Shown here: piece after piece, positions 35,953-44,845 of the stretch
How positions within the stretch are numbered: the stretch's first letter is position 1
Layout of the letters: each line of letters starts with the position of its first letter
Assembly: GCA_039807745.1 (NCBI GenBank)
Contig: JBDHRV010000003.1
Coordinates: 1-62,390, forward strand
DNA length: 62,390 nt
Reading direction: 5' to 3'
Source of the DNA: Burkholderiales bacterium
GTDB taxonomy: Bacteria > Pseudomonadota > Gammaproteobacteria > Burkholderiales > JAEUMW01
Program-made: the position numbers and the translations under genes
Notes under the pieces: model-generated
Databases searched by the model: none
Seen by the model: only the letters and a program-made list of their open reading frames with translations
Told to the model about the DNA's origin: nothing

Positions 35953-36788
35953 GAGGTGTTGTCGATCACGTTCAGGGTGGCGGTGGCGGTTTCGAGCGAC
36001 TGGTTGCCCTGCGGATCAGTCACGCGCACGCGCACACCCTGCACGAAGGTTGAATTGCCCGGACCTGCTGTCGGCGGGAAGCGCACGACTTGGCTCGAGG
36101 CGTTCGAGGGGTTCAGGAACGAAGTGCCGCTGACGTTCGGTGCGACGAACGTCCACTGGTCATACGTGGGCGCGCCCGGCGCGCCGCCGGTGTAGCCCGC
36201 GATCATCGGCCCGACGCTCTGCGCGCCTGTCGAGCCCCCGGGTGCGAACACGGTCTTGGTCGAACTGCCGAGCAGCGCGTTGAGACCCGGTGGGCCTGCC
36301 GGCCCCGGCGGCCCCGCAGGTCCCGTCGAACCCGTGGGACCTTGAGGCCCCTGCGGTCCAGTCGGCGACGGTCCGGGTGGCGAGGAGCCCGTCGGTCCCG
36401 TCGGCCCCTGCAGTCCCGTTGGCCCTTTCGGCGAAGGTCCCGTCGGGCCCGTCGGCCCTGCAGGTCCGGTCGGGCCTTGAGGCGAGGGCCCGGTCGGACC
36501 CGGCAAGCCGGTCGCGCCCGTCGGTCCGGGCGGTCCCTGCGGCGAGGAGCCCTGTGGTCCGCGCGGCCCCGGCGGACCACGGAATTCAGGTAGCGATGGG
36601 CCTGTCGGGCCAGCCGGCCCCGCCGGTCCCGGTGGGCCTTGCGGCGACGGACCCGGCGGGCCAGGTGGGCCTGACGGTCCGGCCGGACCCACCGATCCTG
36701 TTGGCCCGGGCGTGCCAGGACCTCCGGTCGGCCCGGTCGGGCCGGGCGGGCCAGATGGCATGACGATGAATTGCCGGTAGGTGCTCAA
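35949..36788 (-). CDS. Collagen-like fibre protein B (G-X-Y repeats plus ~110-aa globular C-terminus)
   Basis: [19 protein letters not shown]... with SPQ/SPK interruptions. The start is uncertain (TTG 36788 or ATG 36761). Confidence 0.75.
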   Translation of the reverse strand: MSTYRQFIVMPSGPPGPTGPTGGPGTPGPTGSVGPAGPSGPPGPPGPSPQGPPGPAGPAGPTGPSLPEFRGPPGPRGPQGSSPQGPPGPTGATGLPGPTGPSPQGPTGPAGPTGPTGPSPKGPTGLQGPTGPTGSSPPGPSPTGPQGPQGPTGSTGPAGPPGPAGPPGLNALLGSSTKTVFAPGGSTGAQSVGPMIAGYTGGAPGAPTYDQWTFVAPNVSGTSFLNPSNASSQVVRFPPTAGPGNSTFVQGVRVRVTDPQGNQSLETATATLNVIDNTS

Positions 36789-37351
36789 CCCGGAGGCCCT
36801 GCCGGACCAGCCGGCCCCTGCGGACCTTGCGGCCCGGTCGGACCCGGTGGTCCTGCTGGCCCGGTCGGACCCGTGGGACCTGCCGGACCTGTCGGCCCGG
36901 TCGGACCTGTCGGCCCCGGCGGGCCGGTGTTGCCCTGCGGTCCCGTCGGTCCCGCTGGCCCGGGCGGTCCCTGCGGGCCGGTCGGTCCCGGCGGCCCCGT
37001 AGCGCCCGCCGGTCCTGTCGGCCCCGTCGGCCCCACCGGCCCCGGTGGTCCAGCGGGACCTGTCGTGCCCGGCGGTCCTGCCGGTCCCGTCGGGCCAGGC
37101 GGACCGAGGCCCGCGGGACCCGTCGGCCCGGGCGGCCCGGCCGGTCCTGCGGCGCCCGTCGGCCCGGGCGGTCCCGGAGGCCCTGCCGGACCTTGCGGTC
37201 CCTGCGGGCCGGTCGGTCCCGGCGCCGACGGCCCGGCCGGTCCCGTGGGCCCTGTGGGTCCCGGCGGCCCCACCACGCGCAGCGCGCTGTACACGCTCAC
37301 GTCAGACCCCTCGCACCAGACGCCAACCGCGCGTGGCATCGGAGTAGGCAA
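36785..37351 (-). CDS. Collagen-like fibre protein A (almost entirely G-X-Y repeats)
   Basis: About 160 aa of GP[PTAQ] triplets ending ...GPAGPPG-stop. The start is uncertain (ATG 37351/37339 or GTG 37300, which lies 1 nt after the upstream stop). Confidence 0.7.
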   Translation of the reverse strand: MPTPMPRAVGVWCEGSDVSVYSALRVVGPPGPTGPTGPAGPSAPGPTGPQGPQGPAGPPGPPGPTGAAGPAGPPGPTGPAGLGPPGPTGPAGPPGTTGPAGPPGPVGPTGPTGPAGATGPPGPTGPQGPPGPAGPTGPQGNTGPPGPTGPTGPTGPAGPTGPTGPAGPPGPTGPQGPQGPAGPAGPPG

Positions 37352-38045
37352 GCTCGAAGGCGGCGTTCGTGTCGTTCACCGTCATGTTCTCGAGCAGGCC
37401 CATGATGCGCAGGCCGTTGCGGGCGATCGTGATGTTGTTCGCGCCGATGTTGCCGTCGATGTGGGTGACGCTGATCGCCTGGTCGTTGATGCTCGGCGCC
37501 GCAGGCAACGTGATCGTCACCGCCCCGCCGCTGACGTCGACCATCAGGTCATCGCCCGCCACGGCCGAGTACGGGGACTGCGCGCTCGTGATGATCTTCG
37601 AGCGGCGCACCGCCCTGTAGACCTCGATCAGGTCGATAACCTTCGTCCAGCGGGACGCCGCGAGATCCGTCGAGAACGTTCCGGAGGTGTGCGCGATGCG
37701 GCACACGTACAGGGACTTCTCCGTGCCCTGTGCCACGACGTCGTTCACCGCGTAGGCCGTGGCGGTCAGCCAGTCGCCGCGCCATGCCCAGAGCATGCTC
37801 ACGATCGCGGCTTTGCCGTTGGCGTCGAAGCCGAGCGCGCGCCCGGCGCGCTGGCCGGCGCTCTCGGCGATCTGGAAATCCGCCTCGGCCGGCGTCGCGC
37901 CGTTGGTGAAGCGAATCGCGCGGTTCATCTCGTTCGCGACCGAGTCGAGCGCCCCGTCGATCTCGCCGAATTGCTGGTTCACTTCGCCCGAGCGTGCGAT
38001 CTCGCCCGGCGAGAGGTTGGCGATCCAGTTCCAGAACCTGCTCAT
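37302..38045 (-). CDS. Tail-fibre N-terminal/anchor protein with CBM5/12-like motif
   Basis: ATG 38045 (ATGA overlap). [35 protein letters not shown] resembles the W..Y..GD.V...G..Y.C...HTS carbohydrate-binding motif. Confidence 0.55.
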   Translation of the reverse strand: MSRFWNWIANLSPGEIARSGEVNQQFGEIDGALDSVANEMNRAIRFTNGATPAEADFQIAESAGQRAGRALGFDANGKAAIVSMLWAWRGDWLTATAYAVNDVVAQGTEKSLYVCRIAHTSGTFSTDLAASRWTKVIDLIEVYRAVRRSKIITSAQSPYSAVAGDDLMVDVSGGAVTITLPAAPSINDQAISVTHIDGNIGANNITIARNGLRIMGLLENMTVNDTNAAFELAYSDATRGWRLVRGV

Positions 38046-40162
38046 GACACGACTCGCTCCAATCTGCGGAAGGACTGCTGCAGGCTCACGCCATCGACCG
38101 CATACGAGGCATGCAGCGTGGATTCGCTCGAGATCAGGAACGACAGGTTCTGGCCGGAGCCCTCGAGCTTGATCGCGACGCGCCCCTGGTAGCCGGAATT
38201 CCAGCGGAACTGGTCCCACCGGCTGACATCCCAGAAGCCGCCGCCGGCGATGAGGTCGACGTTGTGCACGGGATCTCCGGGGACATCCGTGCGCGCATAG
38301 GTGTAGTCGACGCCGATCGAGACCTCGCAGCTGCCCTCGGTCACGATGTCGAACTCGGCGCGGCGGTAGCGCTTGATCCGCGCCGGCGCGCGCGAGTGGT
38401 GGAACGGTAGCCGCAGGAAAGCGGTGATCGGTGCCCCATCGAAGCTGGTGCCGGAGTCGGCGACGTAGACGTAGCCGTCATCGGAGCCAAAGACGATGCG
38501 CTCGGCGCCGGTGGTGAGCTCGCCGCTGAAGATGCAGCGCACCACCCTGCCCCAATCGCAGCGAAGATGCGCGATGGGCTTGCGGTCGCGCATCGTGATC
38601 GACACGATCTGCCCATCGGAGAAGAAGCAGCGGTACAGGTTCTGGTTCTTGCTGATGCAGCTGGCGGTGGCGATCGCCTTCAGTTCGGTGATGAGCGGCG
38701 CGACCTTCGAGGAGATCGAGTTGCCGGCGTAGTTGCCGAAGCGGTCGGTCGTGGCGAGCGTGGCGAACCCGCGATCATCGAGGTAGGTGCCCTGCCCGAT
38801 GCGCTGGATCGTCCAGGGCATCGCGCCGACCTCGATGTTGTAGTCGCGCATGGCATAGCCGCCGGCCGTGCCCTCGATGTACTTGGTGATGTTGCGCGCG
38901 AACACGAACAGCACCGTGCCGACCTCCTCGAGGAAGCCGGTGGGCTCATCGCCGATACCGAGCTCGGCCGCGCCGGTCAGGATCGTCCATTGCGCAGGAT
39001 CGAACACGCCTGACTTCTGGATGCTGCCGCCCTGGAAGGCGTACCACAGCTGGTTCTGGTGCACGGCGAGGTACTGCGGCGCATCGTTCGTCATGCCAGT
39101 CTCGATCTGGCAGAAGAACGCGCCGGCGCCGTCCTGGAACTCAAAGCCCCGGTTGACGCCATCGACGCCGTACAGGCGCGTCGTGCGGGTATGGCCGTAG
39201 AAGTTGCGGACGCGGAACTCGTAGCGCCCGCCGGGCGCGAGCGTCTGCGCCGCGCTCGCCCCATCAGCCGTCGCGCGGTTGGTGCCCCCGACACGCAGGC
39301 TCTCGCTGTTCTGGTAGGGACCGCTCGCGAGCCCGGTCAGGATCAGGTAGCCAGCGGCATCGTTGCCGGAGAACGTGCCGCTCGTGATGACGATGCGCCG
39401 CACCGTGGCGGTGGCGCCCGAGGTGTTGCCGGTGAGCGTGTCGCCCTCGGCGATGCCGGCGGCCTGCCCGGCCGTGAACTTCAGCTTCCAGCCGAGCGCG
39501 ACTGCGGTCCAGCCGCTCGAGCTCTCGACGTACATCACGCAGGCCGTGCCGCCCGCGTTGTCGCGGAAGGCGTAGGTGAGGCCGCGGTAGAGCACGACGC
39601 CGCGCACTGGCCCGCTGCCGGGCAGGGCCGCGATCTGCGCGCGCTGGTCGGCGGTGGCGAGCGCGTGGTACTCGAGGTCGCGCTCGTCGGTCGTCGTGCT
39701 GTTCTGCACTGGCGCGCCATCGAGCAGCGCCGAGAAGGCGCCGCTGCTCAGCGCGGTGTCATCGGTCCAGGTGCCGGTGAGGCGCCCGACGATGATTTCA
39801 CCGATGCCGTCGTTGTCGTCGTCCTCGAACTTCAGCACGACGGCGGTCCCGCCGCTCGCGGCCGTGATGGTGGCGCCCACGATGGCATCGTTGGCGACGT
39901 TGCCCTGGGCATCGAAGGCCACGACCCAATACGGCGCCTGTGACGGCAACGTGCGGCCATCGAAGCGCTCGTAGCCGGCGCTGCGGCGATAGCCGCCCTC
40001 GACCTTCGCCTCGAAGTTCAGGCATCCGAGCAGTTCTCCGGGCTTGACCTTGAGTGAGGCGGCGACGAGGTTCAGGCCGCCTTCCAGGGAGTAGTAGTCC
40101 TCGTCGTTCACGCGCGTCGGGCGCGTGTTGCGGGCGATGCGGCGCGTCTCGGCGAGGTTCAC
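38042..40162 (-). CDS. Large tail/nozzle protein (706 aa; T7 gp12-like position)
   Basis: Assigned by position downstream of capsid and the 236-aa gene. I recognise no motif. Confidence 0.4.
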   Translation of the reverse strand: MNLAETRRIARNTRPTRVNDEDYYSLEGGLNLVAASLKVKPGELLGCLNFEAKVEGGYRRSAGYERFDGRTLPSQAPYWVVAFDAQGNVANDAIVGATITAASGGTAVVLKFEDDDNDGIGEIIVGRLTGTWTDDTALSSGAFSALLDGAPVQNSTTTDERDLEYHALATADQRAQIAALPGSGPVRGVVLYRGLTYAFRDNAGGTACVMYVESSSGWTAVALGWKLKFTAGQAAGIAEGDTLTGNTSGATATVRRIVITSGTFSGNDAAGYLILTGLASGPYQNSESLRVGGTNRATADGASAAQTLAPGGRYEFRVRNFYGHTRTTRLYGVDGVNRGFEFQDGAGAFFCQIETGMTNDAPQYLAVHQNQLWYAFQGGSIQKSGVFDPAQWTILTGAAELGIGDEPTGFLEEVGTVLFVFARNITKYIEGTAGGYAMRDYNIEVGAMPWTIQRIGQGTYLDDRGFATLATTDRFGNYAGNSISSKVAPLITELKAIATASCISKNQNLYRCFFSDGQIVSITMRDRKPIAHLRCDWGRVVRCIFSGELTTGAERIVFGSDDGYVYVADSGTSFDGAPITAFLRLPFHHSRAPARIKRYRRAEFDIVTEGSCEVSIGVDYTYARTDVPGDPVHNVDLIAGGGFWDVSRWDQFRWNSGYQGRVAIKLEGSGQNLSFLISSESTLHASYAVDGVSLQQSFRRLERVVS

Positions 40163-40869
40163 CGTGACCTCTCGGTGGCGCGATCCTCGGGCGAGGCGGC
40201 GCGCCGGCGGTACTGGAAGGCCTCGAGGTAGCCGCTTTCGAGCTTCTCGAGCAGGTCGGGGTACTCGCTGAGCGCGGCGCTGACGAGCTCAGGCGCATCC
40301 TCACGGTCGGCGTACATCACGAGCGCGCGCACGAGAATGAGGCGGTGAAACTCCTCGGGGATCAGCGGCACATCGCTGTTGGCGGCGAGCGGCACCGGCG
40401 CGCGGTAGAACGCGCCCTTCAGGATGTAGGACTGGTCGGCCGGACAGTTGAACTGCAGCGTCTGGTCCGGCATCACCGTGAACGCCTCTGGCTGGCCCGC
40501 CGTGGCGGTGTCCGGGTCGTAGCACTGGTCGAACTGCGCGCGATCGAGGTAGGTCAGCAGCGACCATGCCGGCGCGGTCGGCGGCGCCGGGGAAATCTTC
40601 AGGTTGTGCGTCTCCCAGAGCCGCGCGCGCACGCCGGCGGGATCGTTCGGGAGTGACGGGACGGAATCCGGCGCGCTGAGCGTGCCGCTGTAGCGCGTGA
40701 ACAGGTAGCGCCAGTCGAGCCAGAGGTTGTCGATGTAGAGCGCGGCATCGCGCACCCATCGCACGACGTTGCCGAGCTCGCCGACCTGGTTCTCGACCGA
40801 TGACGGTCCGGTGCCGCCCGCCAGTCCGAATTGAGCGACGAAGTCCTGGCAGAGGGTCCGGTAATCCAC
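40159..40869 (-). CDS. Tail adaptor/tubular protein A candidate (236 aa)
   Basis: Assigned by position only. Confidence 0.35.
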   Translation of the reverse strand: MDYRTLCQDFVAQFGLAGGTGPSSVENQVGELGNVVRWVRDAALYIDNLWLDWRYLFTRYSGTLSAPDSVPSLPNDPAGVRARLWETHNLKISPAPPTAPAWSLLTYLDRAQFDQCYDPDTATAGQPEAFTVMPDQTLQFNCPADQSYILKGAFYRAPVPLAANSDVPLIPEEFHRLILVRALVMYADREDAPELVSAALSEYPDLLEKLESGYLEAFQYRRRAASPEDRATERSR

Positions 40870-40881
40870 GGCGCGCCGGGC

Positions 40882-41289
40882 TTACGCCTCGACGGCGTAC
40901 TTCAGCAGCCAGGCCGTGTACAGCTTCGCTGCGTTGTCACCCGAGTACGTCGGGCCACCGGCCTCGCGCGTGAGCTGCGCGAGCTCATCGAGCGGCCGCT
41001 CGAGCAGCACGCTCGCGCGCGGATCGGCGAGCAGCGCCTCCATCTCCTCCTTGTGGATCGCCTTGTCGGCCGGCGAGGATGACGGCGGCACGGCTTTCGT
41101 CACCGCTGTCGCGACCGCGCCCTTCTCGCTGCGTAGGTAGTCGCGGTTCGCGCCGAAGTAGTGTCCGGCCTGCACGTAGCGCGCCGGCTCGCTGTCCTCG
41201 GCGCCGCTGCCGTAGATTTCGCCATACGGCTGATCCGGGTTGAACACCGGTGCCGGACTGACCTTGTGGGGTTTGTCTGCTTTCGCCAT
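40882..41289 (-). CDS. Hypothetical head/tail-junction protein (135 aa)
   Basis: Table ORF with coding-like composition. Confidence 0.5.
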   Translation of the reverse strand: MAKADKPHKVSPAPVFNPDQPYGEIYGSGAEDSEPARYVQAGHYFGANRDYLRSEKGAVATAVTKAVPPSSSPADKAIHKEEMEALLADPRASVLLERPLDELAQLTREAGGPTYSGDNAAKLYTAWLLKYAVEA

Positions 41290-41296
41290 GCCGGCC

Positions 41297-41548
41297 TCAG
41301 TAGTAGAAGTTGCGACGGCGCAGCGTCTGGCGCGAGGCGTAGCCGTCCTCGAGGCGCGCCTGCCCCGCCGACTCCCCGCCGGTGGCCATGCCGGTCGATT
41401 CCCGCAGCGTCACCTGCCCACAGCCGCCGCGGTCGTTGTACGGCGGCAGGAAGTCAGGCGACTGCGTGACGCGATCGCGGCCACGACCATCCGGATCGTG
41501 GCCGCTACGCGCCGGTTCTTCGGTGACGAACAGCCCGTTCGGCACCAC
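41297..41548 (-). CDS. Possible small protein (83 aa)
   Basis: GTG 41548 lies within table ORF 41297..41620, downstream of stop 41568. Confidence 0.3.
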   Translation of the reverse strand: MVPNGLFVTEEPARSGHDPDGRGRDRVTQSPDFLPPYNDRGGCGQVTLRESTGMATGGESAGQARLEDGYASRQTLRRRNFYY

Positions 41549-41567
41549 TGGCGGGCGTCTCGCCACC

Positions 41568-41744
41568 TCAGCGGTACTTGTGCTTGCCGTCGCCGACGGC
41601 CTTGGCGCGCTTGCCGGCACCGAGGCGCGCGCTCTGCGCGTCGTAGTTGCCGGGCTTGAACTCGCCCTTGCCCTTCGCCGATTCCTTCTGGTACGTGCCG
41701 CTCTCGAGGCCCGCGCCCAGCTGTCCGTCTCGCTTGTCGCTCAT
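41568..41744 (-). CDS. Small Lys/Gly-rich protein (58 aa), not in the ORF table
   Basis: I translated this by hand as MSDKRDGQLGAGLESGTYQKESAKGKGEFKPGNYDAQSARLGAGKRAKAVGDGKHKYR. GGAGA lies upstream. Confidence 0.5.
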   Translation of the reverse strand: MSDKRDGQLGAGLESGTYQKESAKGKGEFKPGNYDAQSARLGAGKRAKAVGDGKHKYR

Positions 41745-41771
41745 CGCGCTCTCCGTTCGATGTTGAAGGAC

Positions 41772-41789
41772 GGGGCGCTTGCGCGCCCC
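41772..41789 (-). other. GC-rich stem-loop (7-bp stem, 4-nt loop) in the intergenic gap
   Basis: GGGGCGC-TTGC-GCGCCCC. There is no U-tract, so I do not call it a terminator. Confidence 0.35.
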
Positions 41790-41803
41790 TTCCCTACCTG
41801 GCC

Positions 41804-42196
41804 TTACGACCAGGCGATGCCGAGGTTGACGTCGCCGACGCCGGCCGGCGCGCCGCCGGTCGGTGCCACCGTCTCGATCTGGATCGAGGAGACGCCATCG
41901 CGCACGAGGTCGATGTCGCTCTTGATCGCGCCCGCGAAGTCACGCGCGTTGTACGCGGTGTTCGCCGCCGCCGTGCCCATGCCGAGCGAGGCGTACTTCG
42001 AGGTGTCGCCGGCGATGCCGACGTTGACGAAGCCCTGCGTGGTGACGGCCGTGAACAGGGTCGTCACGCTCACATGCAGGTCGGTGATCACGCCGCGCGT
42101 GCAGCGCACCGGCGGCTTGATGTGCCGCGTGATGGCGCTGGTGAAGTTCTGGGCCGGCCAGATGTAGCTGCGCTCGGTCGGGTTGCTGTAGCTCAT
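41804..42196 (-). CDS. Capsid-associated protein candidate (130 aa)
   Basis: It lies immediately downstream of the major capsid gene, with a strong GGAGGAG RBS. Confidence 0.45.
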   Translation of the reverse strand: MSYSNPTERSYIWPAQNFTSAITRHIKPPVRCTRGVITDLHVSVTTLFTAVTTQGFVNVGIAGDTSKYASLGMGTAAANTAYNARDFAGAIKSDIDLVRDGVSSIQIETVAPTGGAPAGVGDVNLGIAWS

Positions 42197-42214
42197 GGTC
42201 GTTTTCTCCTCCCG

Positions 42215-43219
42215 TTACGCCGCCGACTGCCAGAACATGATGCGGGCGTCCTTGTTGCCGGCGCCCGCATGCACGATTCCGAAACCGCCGAGGTAGTACC
42301 AGGCGATGCCCTTGTCCCGACCGTAGTCGCCGGGGATCTTGCCGCGCATTTCCTCCGGCACGACGACCGCCTCCGCGACCGTGTCCTCGCCGAAGAAGAA
42401 CACCCAGTCCGAGGCGTTGCCGTTCCACGGGTCGGACGTGCGGAAGTTGTAGGCGGTCGAGTCCTCGGCTCCGCCCTTCTTCACATGCGTCTGCTCGATG
42501 AAACGGATGCCCTCGTAGCGGCCGATCTCGCCGTTCATGATCATGCGGAAGCCGCTGTCCACGTACTGGTGCAGCGACTCGAGCTCGTTCTTGAACGCGC
42601 GGAAGGTGCGCGGCCAGGCGATGGCGAAGTAGTCGTTCGCCTGGTACGCCGGGATGTTGCGCTCCTTCATCGCATCGGAGATCGCCTTGACGTGCGCGCG
42701 GTTGAGCGGCACGGAGTTGGTGACGCCGATCGAGCCGGAGTCGACCACCACCACGTCGGTCGTGGAGTTGCCAGAGGCCGCGTTGACCTTGAGGTTGGTC
42801 AGGCGGAACTGGTTGAACGCCGCGCCGTCGAGCGTTTTCGTGGTGTCGTTGCCGAGCACGCGGTTGATGATCTTCTGCACCGGATGCTTCGAGAAGTTGT
42901 CGAGCTTCGCGGTGTAGGGGACCGAGTTGCCGTACTCGTCGATCGTCAGGCTCGCCTGACCGACCGTGAAGTTCGTCTCGGGCAGCTTCTGGTTCTCGTT
43001 GAGCTTGTCGCCGCCGTCGACGAGGTCGCTGTAGACGTCCCAGAAGAACTTGTCGCCGCGCCCGTACGTCTTGCCCGTGCCGGCTTCCGTGGCGTCCTGC
43101 GCGTCGCAGAACTGGCGGAAGCGCATCGCGGGCTGAACGGCCGTGCGCAGATAGACGGAGAGCTCATCCGAGTACATGTACCCGCCGAGCTGATTGACGG
43201 ACCAGACTTGACCAGCCAT
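42215..43219 (-). CDS. Major capsid protein (HK97-fold type)
   Basis: 334 aa, AAGGAG RBS, positioned after the scaffold gene. The composition and length are typical. Confidence 0.7.
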   Translation of the reverse strand: MAGQVWSVNQLGGYMYSDELSVYLRTAVQPAMRFRQFCDAQDATEAGTGKTYGRGDKFFWDVYSDLVDGGDKLNENQKLPETNFTVGQASLTIDEYGNSVPYTAKLDNFSKHPVQKIINRVLGNDTTKTLDGAAFNQFRLTNLKVNAASGNSTTDVVVVDSGSIGVTNSVPLNRAHVKAISDAMKERNIPAYQANDYFAIAWPRTFRAFKNELESLHQYVDSGFRMIMNGEIGRYEGIRFIEQTHVKKGGAEDSTAYNFRTSDPWNGNASDWVFFFGEDTVAEAVVVPEEMRGKIPGDYGRDKGIAWYYLGGFGIVHAGAGNKDARIMFWQSAA

Positions 43220-43232
43220 TTACGATTCTCCT

Positions 43233-44456
43233 TTAACGGCTGGCGCGTCGCTCGGCGATAGCACTGTTGGAGCCGCTGCGCGCGCGCAAATTGCGGATGT
43301 AGGCGCGATTGAGCTCGGCCATCGTCGGGGATCTCGTCTCGGCGGCAGGAGCAGCGCGCCCCGCGGCAGAGGATGACACCGGCAGACGCGCCTTGACGGT
43401 GCGCCGCAGTTCCAACTGCTGCGAGGCCTGCGTCGACGTCGTGCCCGAAAGGCCCGTCTGACGGGCGATCCGCACACCGACATCACGCGCCAGCGTCTCG
43501 AGGGGAATCCCATCGAGGGCCGGGTCTCTCATTCGCTCCAGGATCAGCGCCGTGGCGTCCCGCATGGCGGTCGGATCGTTCGTGATGGCGGCAAACTCGC
43601 TGGCGAACATGGCGTTCGCGGCGCGAATCTCCTCGGCATCGCGGCTGTAACCCTGGCCTGCAGGCTTCGCGGACGGCGATGCGGGCGATGCAGCCGGCGT
43701 GGACCGACCGAGTCGCTCGTTGATCTTGCTGTCGACGAATTCCTCGTACTTGGCCGACGCGGTGTTCGCGTCGTTTTCCAACAGCGCTTCCAGCGCCTGA
43801 CGGATCACTTCCTTGCGATCCACGGCTGCCTGCTCGCCCGAGGGTGGAGAGGCTGCCGCCGTATTGGGTGCCGAGGCCGCCGGCGCACTGGCGCGGGCCT
43901 CGATTTCGCGCAGCGTCCGTGAGGCGCGCGCAAGCAGCGTGTCCGCTGCGAGAGTTTTCTGGTAGGCCGCGACGCCGCCCGCGGCGGTCACATCCGCCGT
44001 CGGGACCTCGATCTGGCGGCCGTAGACGGTGACGACGGTCGTGTCGGCGCTGGCATCGGCCGCCCCAGAGGCGGCAGGGGACCGAGAAACCCCCGGGGCG
44101 GCGTCCGCCGTCGCTTCTACACGAGATACGTCAGGATCACCGCTGCCCTCGTCCGCCGGATCGGCGGCGGGCGCCGGCGTCTCGGCGACCGGGGTCAGCT
44201 TCGCGAGCATCGACTCCGCATGGCGCGCGGCGATGGCGGCGCGCACGGGGTCATCGAAGGGTTTGGCAGCCGGCGCCGCTTCGGTCTCGCCGTCTGGATC
44301 GTTCTCGATCACCGCCTCGTGAGCCGTTTCCGGCTCACTGTCGGCCGCAGCAGAGACGGGCTCGTCCACCGGCGCGCCCCCTGTGGGGTCGGGGTGGTTG
44401 GCTTTCGCGCCTTCATCGTCGGCGCGGAATCCGTCGAGACGATCCTCTGCGCTCAT
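43233..44456 (-). CDS. Scaffolding protein candidate
   Basis: Ala/Glu/Asp-rich 407 aa located between the portal and capsid genes. Confidence 0.55.
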   Translation of the reverse strand: MSAEDRLDGFRADDEGAKANHPDPTGGAPVDEPVSAAADSEPETAHEAVIENDPDGETEAAPAAKPFDDPVRAAIAARHAESMLAKLTPVAETPAPAADPADEGSGDPDVSRVEATADAAPGVSRSPAASGAADASADTTVVTVYGRQIEVPTADVTAAGGVAAYQKTLAADTLLARASRTLREIEARASAPAASAPNTAAASPPSGEQAAVDRKEVIRQALEALLENDANTASAKYEEFVDSKINERLGRSTPAASPASPSAKPAGQGYSRDAEEIRAANAMFASEFAAITNDPTAMRDATALILERMRDPALDGIPLETLARDVGVRIARQTGLSGTTSTQASQQLELRRTVKARLPVSSSAAGRAAPAAETRSPTMAELNRAYIRNLRARSGSNSAIAERRASR

Positions 44457-44845
44457 GTGCCTCGATAACCTGCAAGCGGGTCGTTGGCGTCGTTCTCGTG
44501 GTCGATGGCGATCATGGCCTGCTCGGCCATCATCCCCTCACGCACGATCACGCTCATGCGACGCAAAATACCGATGTTCATTCTCAGCGCAAGTAGGGCG
44601 CGGCTTTCGGTCTCGGCGTTGGGCAACTGCACGTCATCGGTCAGCGTGCGCAACGCCCGCACCGCCTCGACAACGCAGCTGTGCACGAGCACGCGCCCTG
44701 CGCCGGTGCGCATGAACGCCTGCATCGCCTCGCCGTCCTTGAACACATCGAGCAGCCCCTCCTCGGGGCCGAGGCCCTCGCGGATCGCGCGCTCCTGGTG
44801 AGCCAGAAACTCCTCGGTGACTTCGCTCTCGTTTGTCATGGTCAA
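44453..44845 (-). CDS. Hypothetical protein (130 aa)
   Basis: ATGA overlaps at both ends. Confidence 0.5.
   Translation of the reverse strand: MTMTNESEVTEEFLAHQERAIREGLGPEEGLLDVFKDGEAMQAFMRTGAGRVLVHSCVVEAVRALRTLTDDVQLPNAETESRALLALRMNIGILRRMSVIVREGMMAEQAMIAIDHENDANDPLAGYRGT

Noticed and set aside
35949-37351. CRISPR-like or other non-coding tandem-repeat array
   Set aside because: The periodicity is 9 nt (Gly-X-Y codons) in an open reading frame with no spacer structure. The same reasoning applies to the (TCTGG)7 tract. No cas genes are present.
36771-38192. Plus-strand 473-aa ORF that begins with [20 protein letters not shown] repeats
   Set aside because: It is the reverse-complement image of the GGN-CCN collagen repeats on the minus strand. 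It runs on into sequence antisense to the fibre-anchor gene.
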